Assembly (NCBI GenBank): GCA_002440965.1
Contig: DJWJ01000016.1
Coordinates: 7,409-71,408, forward strand
Reading direction: 5' to 3'
Source: Candidatus Omnitrophica bacterium UBA6233
GTDB lineage: Bacteria; Omnitrophota; Gorgyraeia; Gygaellales; Profunditerraquicolaceae
Length of the DNA stretch: 64,000 bases
Positions within the stretch are counted from its first letter, which is position 1, and the number at the start of each line of letters is the position of its first letter. Of this stretch, positions 18,037 through 27,460 are shown piece by piece. Position numbers and translations under genes: made by a program. The notes below the pieces were generated by a model, which was not told the DNA's origin, made no database searches, and saw only the letters and a program-made list of their open reading frames with translations.

Positions 18037-19030
18037 AATATTATTGGGGCATGGCAGCGGCGGAAGGCTCACCCATAATTTCATTAAGCAAGTGCTGCTT
18101 GAAAAATTAAAGAATCCAATTCTAGGGGAATTGGCTGATAGCGCGGTCATAAATTACAAAGAACAAGTCGCTTTTACTACGGATTCTTTTGTGGTGAGCC
18201 CCTTATTTTTCCCCGGAGGAGACATTGGCAAGCTTTCGGTATCCGGCACAGTTAATGATCTGGTCATGCTAGGAGCTGTTCCGGAGTATCTTTCTTTGGC
18301 CTTGATTGTAGAGGAGGGGTTAGAGCAGAAAATTCTTGAGAGGATAATTTGTTCGGTAGCCATTCAGGCTAAAAACTCAAGGGTGCAGATTGTTACCGGA
18401 GATACAAAAGTCGTAGAAAGACTGGCCGCCGATAAATTATTTATTAACACTTCAGGCCTAGGTAGGTTAATTTCTTCGAGAAGGTTGTCCTTGAAGGGTA
18501 TCTCGCCCGGCGATAAAATTATCATTACCGGAAATATCGCCGAACACGGTTTGAGTATTCTTGCTAAAAGAAAAGAATTGGGCTTAAACTTTAATATTAA
18601 AAGCGATTGCGCAAGCCTCAACGGATTGATTATCCCGCTCTTAAGGATCACCAAGGCAATAAAATTTATGCGCGACCCGACGCGAGGAGGGATAGCGACA
18701 ACTTTAAATGAAATCTCCGAAGGCTCCGGGTTAGGAATTATTCTCGAGGAGAAAGACATTCCGATATCTCCGAAGGTAAGGGCGGCTTCGGAATTATTGG
18801 GCATAGATCCTCTTTATGTCGCTAATGAAGGAAAGGCTTTGTTGGTCGTAGAACCTAAAGAAGCGCAAAGAATCGTGGCTGTTCTTAGAAAAAATCCCTT
18901 AGGTCGTAACGCTAAAATTATCGGGACAGTTAAAAAGACGCCGCGAGGCAGGGTTGTGTTGCGCACCGCTTTTAATACCGAGCGTATTTTGGATATGTTA
19001 ACTTCTGATCCATTACCGAGGATATGTTAA
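18020..19030 (+). CDS. hypE: hydrogenase maturation factor HypE (PurM-like), GTG start
   Basis: 'ILLGHGSGG', PurM-like fold motifs and the invariant C-terminal 'PRIC'. GTG at 18020 chosen; 17-nt overlap with the upstream gene. Confidence 0.85.
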   Translation: MKKTTRILLGHGSGGRLTHNFIKQVLLEKLKNPILGELADSAVINYKEQVAFTTDSFVVSPLFFPGGDIGKLSVSGTVNDLVMLGAVPEYLSLALIVEEGLEQKILERIICSVAIQAKNSRVQIVTGDTKVVERLAADKLFINTSGLGRLISSRRLSLKGISPGDKIIITGNIAEHGLSILAKRKELGLNFNIKSDCASLNGLIIPLLRITKAIKFMRDPTRGGIATTLNEISEGSGLGIILEEKDIPISPKVRAASELLGIDPLYVANEGKALLVVEPKEAQRIVAVLRKNPLGRNAKIIGTVKKTPRGRVVLRTAFNTERILDMLTSDPLPRIC

Positions 19031-19768
19031 ATGAAATCATCAAGATATATGAAGCGTTTTTACCGTGATTGGGCTAGGGCTAAAGACCTTTATCCCTTGC
19101 GCATAGTCGCAAAAGAAACCGATCTGCAGATTTTTACCAATAAACCAGTAGACCCGAGATTCGTTGAAGAAAAGATCCGCAATTATCGTTGGGAAATAGA
19201 GAACTATATAAATAAGGATCATCGTTTCCTCACTGCTTTAAAACCGATTCCAGTTGAACTTGGCGCCGCTCTTATTGTAAAGGATATGGCAGAGCAATCC
19301 AAGAGGGCGAATACCGGACCGATGAGTACAGTTGCCGGAGCAATAGCCGGAGTTTTAGGTAAGGATTTGCTCAAGGCCGGTTACAAGGAAGTGATTGTTG
19401 AAAATGGCGGAGACATTTTTTTAAAATCCCGTAAAGTGCGTAAAGTCGGGGTATATGTGGGCCGCTCGAAAATGTGGAATAAATTGCAGTTGGAGATAAA
19501 ACCCAAAGATACGCCGTTAGGAATTTGCACTTCTTCAGGGACGCTGGGGCATTCTTTAAGTTTTGGCTGCGCGGATAGCGTAGTGATTATTTCAAAGAGC
19601 GTTAGTCTCGCGGACAGTGTAGCTACAGCTACAGCCAATCGTATTAATTCCAAAGAAGACTTGCAGCGGGCGCTTAATTTTGCCCGTTCCATCAAAGGTG
19701 TCCTAGGAGTAGTTATTATTTTAAAAAATAATTTAATTACTTGGGGTAAGGTAGAATTTGTTCGTTGA
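19031..19768 (+). CDS. UPF0280 / ApbE-superfamily-like protein
   Basis: 245-aa ORF with 'GICTSSGTLGHSLSFGCADSVVIISKS' resembling UPF0280. Low certainty. Confidence 0.35.
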   Translation: MKSSRYMKRFYRDWARAKDLYPLRIVAKETDLQIFTNKPVDPRFVEEKIRNYRWEIENYINKDHRFLTALKPIPVELGAALIVKDMAEQSKRANTGPMSTVAGAIAGVLGKDLLKAGYKEVIVENGGDIFLKSRKVRKVGVYVGRSKMWNKLQLEIKPKDTPLGICTSSGTLGHSLSFGCADSVVIISKSVSLADSVATATANRINSKEDLQRALNFARSIKGVLGVVIILKNNLITWGKVEFVR

Positions 19769-19774
19769 ATTTTC

Positions 19775-19803
19775 TTGACAATCACAGCGGATTGTGATAA
19801 AAA
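19775..19803 (+). promoter_or_regulatory. candidate promoter (-35 TTGACA, extended -10 TGaTAAAAA) with an embedded palindromic operator ATCACAGCGGATTGTGAT
   Basis: TTGACA at 19775-19780; the 17-nt spacer is itself an inverted repeat TCACA-N6-TGTGA; -10-like ATAAAA. Confidence 0.4.
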
Positions 19804-19880
19804 ATCACTATAGACACAATACTTAGCGTAATTTTTCAGGAGGCATTAAACTTAAATTGAAAAAATAGGCGTAACGAAAA

Positions 19881-19914
19881 GGGCTCTTTTGGCAGGATGA
19901 AGAGCCTTTTTTTG
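19881..19914 (+). terminator. rho-independent terminator / attenuator hairpin
   Basis: GGGCTCTT-ttggcaggatg-AAGAGCC followed by TTTTTTTG. Lies about 110 nt after the previous stop and about 60 nt before the next start. Confidence 0.55.
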
Positions 19915-19976
19915 TAGTAAAAGAAATCTCGTCACAAAATCAAGCTGGCGGGGACTAAAAAAGGATTTCTAAAACA

Positions 19977-20966
19977 ATGAGAACGGTCGGGTTAACCTAC
20001 GATTTAAAGACAGATTATCAATTTAAAGAAGGCGATCCTCTTGATGCTAACGCTGAATTCGATCATCCATCGACTATTGATATTATTGCTTGCGCAATTG
20101 AAGCAAACGGTTTTAAAGTAGAGAGGATAGGTAACGCCGGGAATCTTCTCGAAAAATTATCTTCTTTAAGGGTGGACATTGTTTTTAATATCTCCGAAGG
20201 ATTAACCGGGAGAAACCGTGAATCCCAAGTACCCATATTACTTGAGATGGCCGGAATTCCTTTTGTTGGCTCAGACGCTCTTACTCTTGGGCTTACTTTG
20301 GATAAGGTTATGGCCAAAAAGATTTTTATCGCTGAGAAAATACCCACTCCAAAATTTATTGAAACAAGCTCAGTGGAAGAATTAGCAAATACCAATCATT
20401 ACAAGTTTCCTTTAATCGTAAAGCCGCGCTTTGAGGGTTCTTCCAAAGGTTTAAGCGAAAGTTCCCGGGTTGAAAATAGAGATGACTTGCTTAAGCAGGT
20501 TGGATATATTGTTAATGCTTATAAACAACCAGTGCTGGTTGAAGAGTTTATATCCGGTCAGGAATTTACTGTGGCTCTTGTAGGAAACGATCCTGCGGAA
20601 GTTCAGCCAATCGTTCAAATTAAAATCGACGGAAAACTAAAATTAAACGACAGGTTTTACACCTTTGCCCGTATTACTTCCGATAGATTGGAATATATTT
20701 GTCCGGCAAAAATCCCTCAAGAATTAAAGAAGAAGATCGATGATCTGGCCTTAAGGACTTATAAAGCGGTAGATTGCCGTGATTTCGGACGGGTTGATTT
20801 TCGGGTTGACAATGAAGGCAAGCCCTATGTCTTAGAGATAAACCCTTTGCCTTCCCTGTCTACCGAAGACGTATTTATGCTTTTAGCCAAAAACACAGGT
20901 ATTACTTATGAGCAGATGATTGGCAAAATCTTAAATAGCGCAATTAAAAGGCATAATCTCGACTAA
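19977..20966 (+). CDS. D-Ala-D-Ala-ligase-like ATP-grasp enzyme, paralog 1
   Basis: Ddl-family architecture: N-domain 'VDIVFNISEGLTGRNRESQVPILLEMAGIPFVGSD', central 'PLIVKPRFEGSSKG', C-terminal 'FGRVDFRVD...YVLEINPLP'. Confidence 0.65.
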   Translation: MRTVGLTYDLKTDYQFKEGDPLDANAEFDHPSTIDIIACAIEANGFKVERIGNAGNLLEKLSSLRVDIVFNISEGLTGRNRESQVPILLEMAGIPFVGSDALTLGLTLDKVMAKKIFIAEKIPTPKFIETSSVEELANTNHYKFPLIVKPRFEGSSKGLSESSRVENRDDLLKQVGYIVNAYKQPVLVEEFISGQEFTVALVGNDPAEVQPIVQIKIDGKLKLNDRFYTFARITSDRLEYICPAKIPQELKKKIDDLALRTYKAVDCRDFGRVDFRVDNEGKPYVLEINPLPSLSTEDVFMLLAKNTGITYEQMIGKILNSAIKRHNLD

Positions 20967-21968
20967 ATGAAGATTGCCCTAACGTATAATTTAAAAAAGA
21001 AGGATACGACAAAACCCGCGGATTATTTTTCGGAGTGTGACTCCGAAGAAACCATTAACGCCATCACCGGGGCTATCCGCAGAAAAGGTCATAATGTCGA
21101 GGCAATCGACGTAGAATATCCCAAGTTATTCTCTTATTTTAGGAAAAATTCGGTAGATATGGTTTTTAATATTGCCGAAGGCAAGTCAGGTAAGTTTCGC
21201 GAGTCGGAAGTTCCGGCGATATTAGATTACCTAAAAATTCCTTACACAGGTTCAGATACATTCTCCTTAGCCTTAGCTTTGAATAAGGCCCTTACCAAGA
21301 AGATTTTAAAAGCCGAAAATATCCCGACTCCGAATTTCCAGGTTTTTATTAAAGGAACGGAAGAATTGAACCCGGATTTAAGATTTCCTTTGATCGTAAA
21401 GCCAAATTGCGAAGGTTCGGCTAAAGGGATTAGCAAGCTCAATGTGGTTAATAACACGGAGGATTTATTCAAGCGGGTTAAAGATATTCTTAGCGTATAT
21501 AAACAGGAAGCCCTGGTGGAAGAATTCATCGAAGGCAAAGAGCTTACCGTAGGGATTTTGGAAAACGGCAAGACCCGCGTCCTGCCGATCTTAGAAATTG
21601 ATTTCTCCGACTGTAAGAATAGCGGAGAATATTTTTATTCCTGGAAGATGAAGGAATACCAGGGAAATAAAGAGTTGGGGTTAGTGCCGACTTTTCACTG
21701 CCCGGCGCGCCTGGATTCGGAGACTGAAAAAGCGGTTAAGGATGTCGCACTCAGGACGCATCGCGCAGTCGGCTGCCTGGATATTTCACGTACCGATATA
21801 CGTTTGGACAAATTCAATGTGCCTTATGTTCTGGAGATTAATCCTCTCCCGGGTTTAGATCCTAAGGAATCAAATTTTCCAATTATGGCGTATGCCGCGG
21901 GAATGAAATACGAAGATCTTATTGAGGCAATAATTCTAAGCGCCTCTGAAAGGAAAGGCTTAAATTGA
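20967..21968 (+). CDS. D-Ala-D-Ala-ligase-like ATP-grasp enzyme, paralog 2
   Basis: Collinear with paralog 1: 'VDMVFNIAEGKSGKFRESEVPAILDYLKIPYTGSD', 'PLIVKPNCEGSAKG', 'YVLEINPLPG'. Its start codon directly abuts the previous stop. Confidence 0.65.
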   Translation: MKIALTYNLKKKDTTKPADYFSECDSEETINAITGAIRRKGHNVEAIDVEYPKLFSYFRKNSVDMVFNIAEGKSGKFRESEVPAILDYLKIPYTGSDTFSLALALNKALTKKILKAENIPTPNFQVFIKGTEELNPDLRFPLIVKPNCEGSAKGISKLNVVNNTEDLFKRVKDILSVYKQEALVEEFIEGKELTVGILENGKTRVLPILEIDFSDCKNSGEYFYSWKMKEYQGNKELGLVPTFHCPARLDSETEKAVKDVALRTHRAVGCLDISRTDIRLDKFNVPYVLEINPLPGLDPKESNFPIMAYAAGMKYEDLIEAIILSASERKGLN

Positions 21969-23152
21969 GCAGCGTTCAGGCAATTGAAAATCAAAAATTG
22001 CAGCAGGAAAACGCTAATGTTGTACGCACAAGCAGAAAGCCCCGGGACTACCAGCAGATAGGTATTTATAAGGACATTAACCCTTTGGACTGGGAAGATT
22101 GGCATTGGCAGATAAAGAACAGGATTTGCACCAAAGATGTTCTGGCGCAGATAATCAGTTTGACTCCCGACGAGGAAAAGGGGATTGATAAGGCTAGGGG
22201 CCGTTTATCCATGGCTATAACTCCTTATTGGGGTTCTCTTCTTGATCAGGAAGACGCCAATTGTCCGATCAGGCGTCAATCTGTTCCGGTAATCCAGGAA
22301 TCCATGGTTACTCCGCATGAAATGACTGATCCTTGCGCCGAAGACAGAGATTCTCCGGCTCCGCATTTGGTGCACCGCTATCCAGATAGGGTTCTACTAT
22401 TGGCGACTGACCATTGCGCTATGTATTGCCGGCATTGCACGCGCCGGCGTCTGGTTGGCGATCATGAGGTCAAAGATGCAAATTCTGCGGATAGGTTTGA
22501 TGCAGCTATCGAATACATAAAAGCCAACCGTAAAATAAGGGATGTGCTGATATCCGGAGGCGACCCGTTAATTCTGGAAGACGAAGAATTGGAAAAGCTG
22601 CTGCAAAAGATTCGTTCTATATCGCACGTGGAATTTTTAAGGATCGGCACGCGTATCCCGGTGACTCTTCCTCAGCGCATTACGGAAAACCTGGTGAATA
22701 TGCTTAAAAAATATTCGCCGATCTGGATGAGTATACATTTTAATCACCCCAAGGAGATTACCAAACGCTGCAAGATTGCCTGCGATATGCTTTCGGAGGC
22801 AGGCGTTCCCTTAGGGAGTCAAACGGTCTTGCTTAAGGGTGTTAATGATCGGCCCTTCATAATGAAAAAGCTGGTTCATGAATTGTTGCAGATAAGGGTA
22901 AGGCCGTATTATATTTATCAGTGCGATCCGGTGCGCGGCACGCAGCATTTCCGGACTCCCGTAGCTACCGGGATAAATATCATGGAGAAGTTGCGCGGAC
23001 ATACTTCCGGATACGCTGTCCCTACCTATGTTATTGATGGTCCTGGCGGAGGCGGAAAAATTCCCGTGGGGCCGAATTATATTCTTTCACAGGCTAAAGG
23101 AAAATACGTCCTGCGTAATTATAAGGGTAAGATTTACACCTACCTAGAATAA
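21965..23152 (+). CDS. kamA: lysine 2,3-aminomutase (KamA-family radical SAM/PLP enzyme)
   Basis: 'WEDWHWQIKNRI', 'PYWGSLL', 'CPIRRQSVP', radical SAM 'CAMYCRHCTRRR', and 'YYIYQCDPVRGTQHFRTP'. Confidence 0.8.
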   Translation: MSSVQAIENQKLQQENANVVRTSRKPRDYQQIGIYKDINPLDWEDWHWQIKNRICTKDVLAQIISLTPDEEKGIDKARGRLSMAITPYWGSLLDQEDANCPIRRQSVPVIQESMVTPHEMTDPCAEDRDSPAPHLVHRYPDRVLLLATDHCAMYCRHCTRRRLVGDHEVKDANSADRFDAAIEYIKANRKIRDVLISGGDPLILEDEELEKLLQKIRSISHVEFLRIGTRIPVTLPQRITENLVNMLKKYSPIWMSIHFNHPKEITKRCKIACDMLSEAGVPLGSQTVLLKGVNDRPFIMKKLVHELLQIRVRPYYIYQCDPVRGTQHFRTPVATGINIMEKLRGHTSGYAVPTYVIDGPGGGGKIPVGPNYILSQAKGKYVLRNYKGKIYTYLE

Positions 23153-23221
23153 TTCTTCAATTAACTCATATACGCCTCGTAGGTGTACATGGGATTAGTG
23201 CAGATAGGGTAAACACGGGAA

Positions 23222-25177
23222 ATGGACGTTAAGAATAAACGCAATTTTATTCTTTTAGGTCATGCCCAATCAGGCAAAACCAGCCTCGCCGAAAGTATAC
23301 TTTATTTCTCCAAAGCTACTACCCGCAAAGGAAAAATCGAAGATGGTTCGACTACTAGCGATTATAGCTTTGATGAAATCGAGAAAAAACATTCCATAAA
23401 TTTAAGTTTGCTCTTTTGTGATTATCAGGGCGCGCGTTTGCAGATAGTGGATACCCCTGGATACGCGGATTTTTCCGGAGAGGTTATTTGTGGAATCCGG
23501 GCTGTAGATAGCGCGGTCATCGTGGTGGATAGCGCAAACGGTGTGCAGGCAGGTACGCAGCGTGGCTGGGAAATGTGCGAAGAGGCCAATATCCCTTGTA
23601 TGATTTTTATCAACAAGGTGGATAAAGAAGGGGCGGATGTTAATAAAATTTTAGCGGATTTAAAATCCAGCCTCTCCAAAAACTGCGTTATAATTCAGTC
23701 TTTGGAAGATTCTCTTTTGGTGGAAGCGATTGCCGAAAGCGATGACAGTTTGCTGGAAAAATATCTGGCGACCTTGCGTCTATCACAGGAAGAGATTAAG
23801 AATGGCTTAGCTCAGGCCGTAAATAAGCGCAAAATTTTTCCGGTCTTGGCAGGTTCAGCGCTTACTGATAAAGGAATTAAAGATTTACTGGATGATATTC
23901 TGCAGTATCTGCCTGGTCCTTTGGAGAGAAATCCGGTTAAAGCGTTTAATCCTTTAAAACCCGAAGAAGCCAAAGAGGTGGTTTTAAAAGAGGATGCTCC
24001 GTTTTCCGCGCTTGTTTTTAAAAACATCTCGGATCCTTTTGTGGGCCAGCTTACTTTGCTACGGGTTTTCTCGGGAAAGCTTTTAAGCGATACCGGGTTT
24101 TATAACGTAAGCCGGAAATCAAAGGAAAGAATCGGTCCGATTTATATTTTACAGGGCAAAGAGCAGCGTCAAATTGAAGCTGCAATCAGCGGCGATATTG
24201 TAGCTATCGCCAAATTGAAAGATACGGGTGTAGGGGATTCGCTCTCAAGAGACAAAGAGCAATTTTTATTCGAACCGCTAGTTTTTCCGGAAGCGGCAAT
24301 TTCCGCTTCGGTTAAGCCTAAGAGCCGCGAGGATGAGGAAAAAATATCCGATGCTTTGCATAAGCTGGCGGCCGAGGATCATACCTTTGGAGTAAGGCAT
24401 GATCCGCAAACCAAAGAATTGATTATTTCGGGGATGGGCGATTTGCATTTGTCAGTAATGGTTGCCCGGATGAAAAAAAGATTTAATGTCGTTGTCGATT
24501 TAGGGACCCCGAAAGTTTCCTATAAAGAAACGATTACGAAGAGTATAAAAGTTCAGGGAAAATTTAAGCGCCAGTCCGGCGGCCGCGGCCAATACGGCGA
24601 TTGTTGGATTGAGGTTGAACCCCTGGGAAGAGGAAAAGGTTTTGAGTTCGTGGATAAGATATTCGGAGGTGCAATTCCGCGTAACTTCATTCCTTCCGTC
24701 GAAAAAGGCGTACGGCAAGCAGCCTTGGAAGGAGCGGTTGCCGGACATCCGATTGAAGATATCCGGGTAACTCTGGTTGACGGCTCTTATCATGAAGTCG
24801 ACTCGTCGGATATGGCTTTTCAAATTGCTGGAGCCATGGCTTTACGTAAGGCAGTAATGGATGCCGGTCCGGTATTGTTGGAGCCGATAATGGATGTGGA
24901 GATAAATATCCCGGAAGATTGCCTGGGGATTATTTCCGGAGATATTAATTCCAGGCGCGGCAGAGTTATGGGGATGGAAATTAAAGGTAAACAGCAGATT
25001 ATTAAGGTTCAGGCGCCGCTGGCGGAGATGTTTAAATACGCCAATGACCTGCGTTCAATAACCGGAGGCCGCGGGACCTACACCATGCGATTTTCGCACT
25101 ACGAAGAAGTACCGCATAAAATCGCTGGCTCGATTATTACTCAATATCAAGCCTCAAAAAAACAGGAAGAACAGTAA
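23222..25177 (+). CDS. elongation-factor-G-like translational GTPase (EF-G paralog)
   Basis: G1 'GHAQSGKTSL', G3 'DTPGYADF', G4 'NKVDK', and EF-G domain IV/V-like C-terminus; 651 aa. Confidence 0.7.
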   Translation: MDVKNKRNFILLGHAQSGKTSLAESILYFSKATTRKGKIEDGSTTSDYSFDEIEKKHSINLSLLFCDYQGARLQIVDTPGYADFSGEVICGIRAVDSAVIVVDSANGVQAGTQRGWEMCEEANIPCMIFINKVDKEGADVNKILADLKSSLSKNCVIIQSLEDSLLVEAIAESDDSLLEKYLATLRLSQEEIKNGLAQAVNKRKIFPVLAGSALTDKGIKDLLDDILQYLPGPLERNPVKAFNPLKPEEAKEVVLKEDAPFSALVFKNISDPFVGQLTLLRVFSGKLLSDTGFYNVSRKSKERIGPIYILQGKEQRQIEAAISGDIVAIAKLKDTGVGDSLSRDKEQFLFEPLVFPEAAISASVKPKSREDEEKISDALHKLAAEDHTFGVRHDPQTKELIISGMGDLHLSVMVARMKKRFNVVVDLGTPKVSYKETITKSIKVQGKFKRQSGGRGQYGDCWIEVEPLGRGKGFEFVDKIFGGAIPRNFIPSVEKGVRQAALEGAVAGHPIEDIRVTLVDGSYHEVDSSDMAFQIAGAMALRKAVMDAGPVLLEPIMDVEINIPEDCLGIISGDINSRRGRVMGMEIKGKQQIIKVQAPLAEMFKYANDLRSITGGRGTYTMRFSHYEEVPHKIAGSIITQYQASKKQEEQ

Positions 25178-25182
25178 AATTT

Positions 25183-25884
25183 ATGAAGATAAGCGTAATC
25201 GGTTTACCGGAGTTAAATCCCGGTAAGCATAATGTTAAAGATTCTCGTTTGGACGAAGTGGATAGTATAACCAAAGCTAAAAAGAAGACCTATGTCCAGG
25301 CTGAAGTTGTGGAAGAAGCAGCGGCAATTGACGCAGATGCAATTTTAGTCGTTAAAGATTCAGCGAGCGACCTTATCCTTAAGGATCTGGAATTTGTGGA
25401 AACTCGGCTTACGCGTTCGACGGAAGAAGCGGAAAAAGCTTTATTCAATAAACTAAAAGCGGCTTTAGAAAAAGAGCAGTTTATATTTAACGCGGGGCTT
25501 GCGGAAACTGAAAAAAAAGAATTGATCAAATACGGTTTGCTTACCGCGAAACCGGTGATTGTTGCCGAGGCCAAAGACCTGGAAGATAAAAATGCCCTTT
25601 TGCTTAGAGTATTAAAGGAAGGCGGATATATCAGTTTTTTTACTACCGGTGAAAAAGATACCCGGGCCTGGCTCATTCGAAACGGCGCAAACGCCTGGGA
25701 GGCCTCGGGGGCTATACACTCGGATATACAACAGGGGTTTATTCGGGCTGAAATCATTGCTTTTAAGGATTTTATGGAGTGCGGCGGAGAAAATAGAGCC
25801 AAACAAGCCGGCAAAATGCGTCTGGAGTCAAAAGAATATATAATGCAGGATTGTGATTTAGCCAATTTTAGGTTTAATAAATAG
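25183..25884 (+). CDS. YchF-like protein retaining the helical and TGS/C-terminal domains but lacking a functional P-loop G domain
   Basis: The C-terminus 'RAWLIRNGANAWEASGAIHSDIQQGFIRAEII...AGKMRLESKEYIMQDCDLANFRFNK' matches the YchF C-terminal domain. The N-terminus 'KISVIGLPELNPGKHN' is a degenerate Walker A; 233 aa versus about 360 aa for YchF. Confidence 0.5.
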   Translation: MKISVIGLPELNPGKHNVKDSRLDEVDSITKAKKKTYVQAEVVEEAAAIDADAILVVKDSASDLILKDLEFVETRLTRSTEEAEKALFNKLKAALEKEQFIFNAGLAETEKKELIKYGLLTAKPVIVAEAKDLEDKNALLLRVLKEGGYISFFTTGEKDTRAWLIRNGANAWEASGAIHSDIQQGFIRAEIIAFKDFMECGGENRAKQAGKMRLESKEYIMQDCDLANFRFNK

Positions 25885-25896
25885 AAAGAGGTTGTT

Positions 25897-27456
25897 ATGG
25901 TTAAGATTAGGCGGGCGTTAATCAGCGTATCGGATAAGACAGGGATACTGGATTTGGCTCGCGAACTGAATAAATTCGGAGTGGAAATTGTTTCTACCGG
26001 GGGCACGGCAAAACTCTTGCGTGAAAATAATATTCCGGCGGTGGAAGTTTCGGAATACACCGGTTTTCCGGAAATGCTCGACGGCCGCGTCAAGACCTTG
26101 CATCCTAAGATTCACGCCGGGCTCCTTGCTTTAAGAAACAACCAAGAGCATATGAAAACGCTGGAAAATCACGGCATTGGCTTAATAGATATGGTAGTGG
26201 TAAATCTTTATCCTTTCGAAAAGACAATACTTTCACCCGAGGTTTCCATTGAAGAGGTTATTGAAAATATCGATATCGGCGGGCCGTCGATGTTACGCTC
26301 TGCCGCTAAAAATCACCGCTCAGTCGCGGTTATCTGTAATCCTGAGCGTTATCCGCAAGTCGTTGAAGAATTAAAGAAGAATAAAGGCGCTTTGTCGGAG
26401 AGTTTGATGCGGGATTTAGGTATTGAGGTGTTTAACCGGACCTCTAAATACGACGCAGCGATATTTGAATACTTGAACAAATGGAATAATGGAGTTCATC
26501 AGGCGGTTACGGGGTTTCCCGATACGCTTAATTTATCTTTTGAGAAAATCCAGGAATTGCGTTATGGGGAGAACCCGCATCAAAAAGCAGCCTTTTATAG
26601 AGAAAAGGGGAAGACCAGCGGAATTATTAATCTTAAGCAATTGCAAGGAAAAGAACTTTCATTTAACAATATTCTGGATTTAAATTCTGCTTTTGAATTA
26701 GTCCGGGAATTTCTCGGGGCGGCAGCGGTAATTGTTAAACATAACAATCCTTGCGGTGTGGCTGAGGACAGGATTCTGGAAAAAGCTTTTTTATCCGCCT
26801 GGAAATGCGATAAGCTTTCAGCCTTTGGCGGAATAGTCGCCTTAAACCGGAAAATGGATTTAAAGACCGCGCTAGCTGTCGCCAAGAGCGGATTCCTGGA
26901 ATGCATTATTGCTCCGGGTTTTGAAGAAAAGGCTTTAGCCTTATTCAAAGAGAAAAAGAATTTGCGTATTTTGGAATTTTGCGGGCTGGAACCGATAAAT
27001 GAACCGGATTTTAAGCGGGTTAGCGGCGGATTATTGCTGCAGGATAAGAATTTAGCCACGTTGGATTTGAATAATCTTAAAGTGGTTACTAAAAGAAAGC
27101 CGACTAAACAGGAGATGGAAAGCCTGATTTTTGGCTGGAAAGTAGCTAAACATGTAAAGTCGAATGCCATTGTTTTGGTTAAAGGAACCCGGACAGTTGG
27201 TATTGGCGCAGGCCAAATGTCGCGGGTAGATTCTGTAATGATTGCTCAGAAAAAAAGTAATAAATTAAGTGTAAATTCTTGCTTGGCTTCGGATGCCTTC
27301 TTCCCTAAGCCCGATGCCATCCTCTGGGCGCATAAGGCAGGGGCCCGGGCGATAATCCAACCCGGAGGTTCGATTGCCGACGGAGAAATTATCCAGGCTT
27401 GCAATAAATATAAGATTGCCATGGTTACTACGGGCATCCGCCACTTTAGGCACTGA
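25897..27456 (+). CDS. purH: bifunctional AICAR transformylase / IMP cyclohydrolase
   Basis: 'RRALISVSDKTGI...STGGTAKLL' MGS-like domain and AICARFT domain; 519 aa. Confidence 0.9.
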   Translation: MVKIRRALISVSDKTGILDLARELNKFGVEIVSTGGTAKLLRENNIPAVEVSEYTGFPEMLDGRVKTLHPKIHAGLLALRNNQEHMKTLENHGIGLIDMVVVNLYPFEKTILSPEVSIEEVIENIDIGGPSMLRSAAKNHRSVAVICNPERYPQVVEELKKNKGALSESLMRDLGIEVFNRTSKYDAAIFEYLNKWNNGVHQAVTGFPDTLNLSFEKIQELRYGENPHQKAAFYREKGKTSGIINLKQLQGKELSFNNILDLNSAFELVREFLGAAAVIVKHNNPCGVAEDRILEKAFLSAWKCDKLSAFGGIVALNRKMDLKTALAVAKSGFLECIIAPGFEEKALALFKEKKNLRILEFCGLEPINEPDFKRVSGGLLLQDKNLATLDLNNLKVVTKRKPTKQEMESLIFGWKVAKHVKSNAIVLVKGTRTVGIGAGQMSRVDSVMIAQKKSNKLSVNSCLASDAFFPKPDAILWAHKAGARAIIQPGGSIADGEIIQACNKYKIAMVTTGIRHFRH

Positions 27457-27460
27457 TGAA

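Noticed and set aside
25290-26093. 267-aa antisense ORF on the - strand overlapping the YchF-like gene and purH
   Set aside because: Ser/Ala/Leu-rich low-complexity translation lying entirely antisense to two well-supported genes. A typical shadow ORF of a GC-skewed coding strand.
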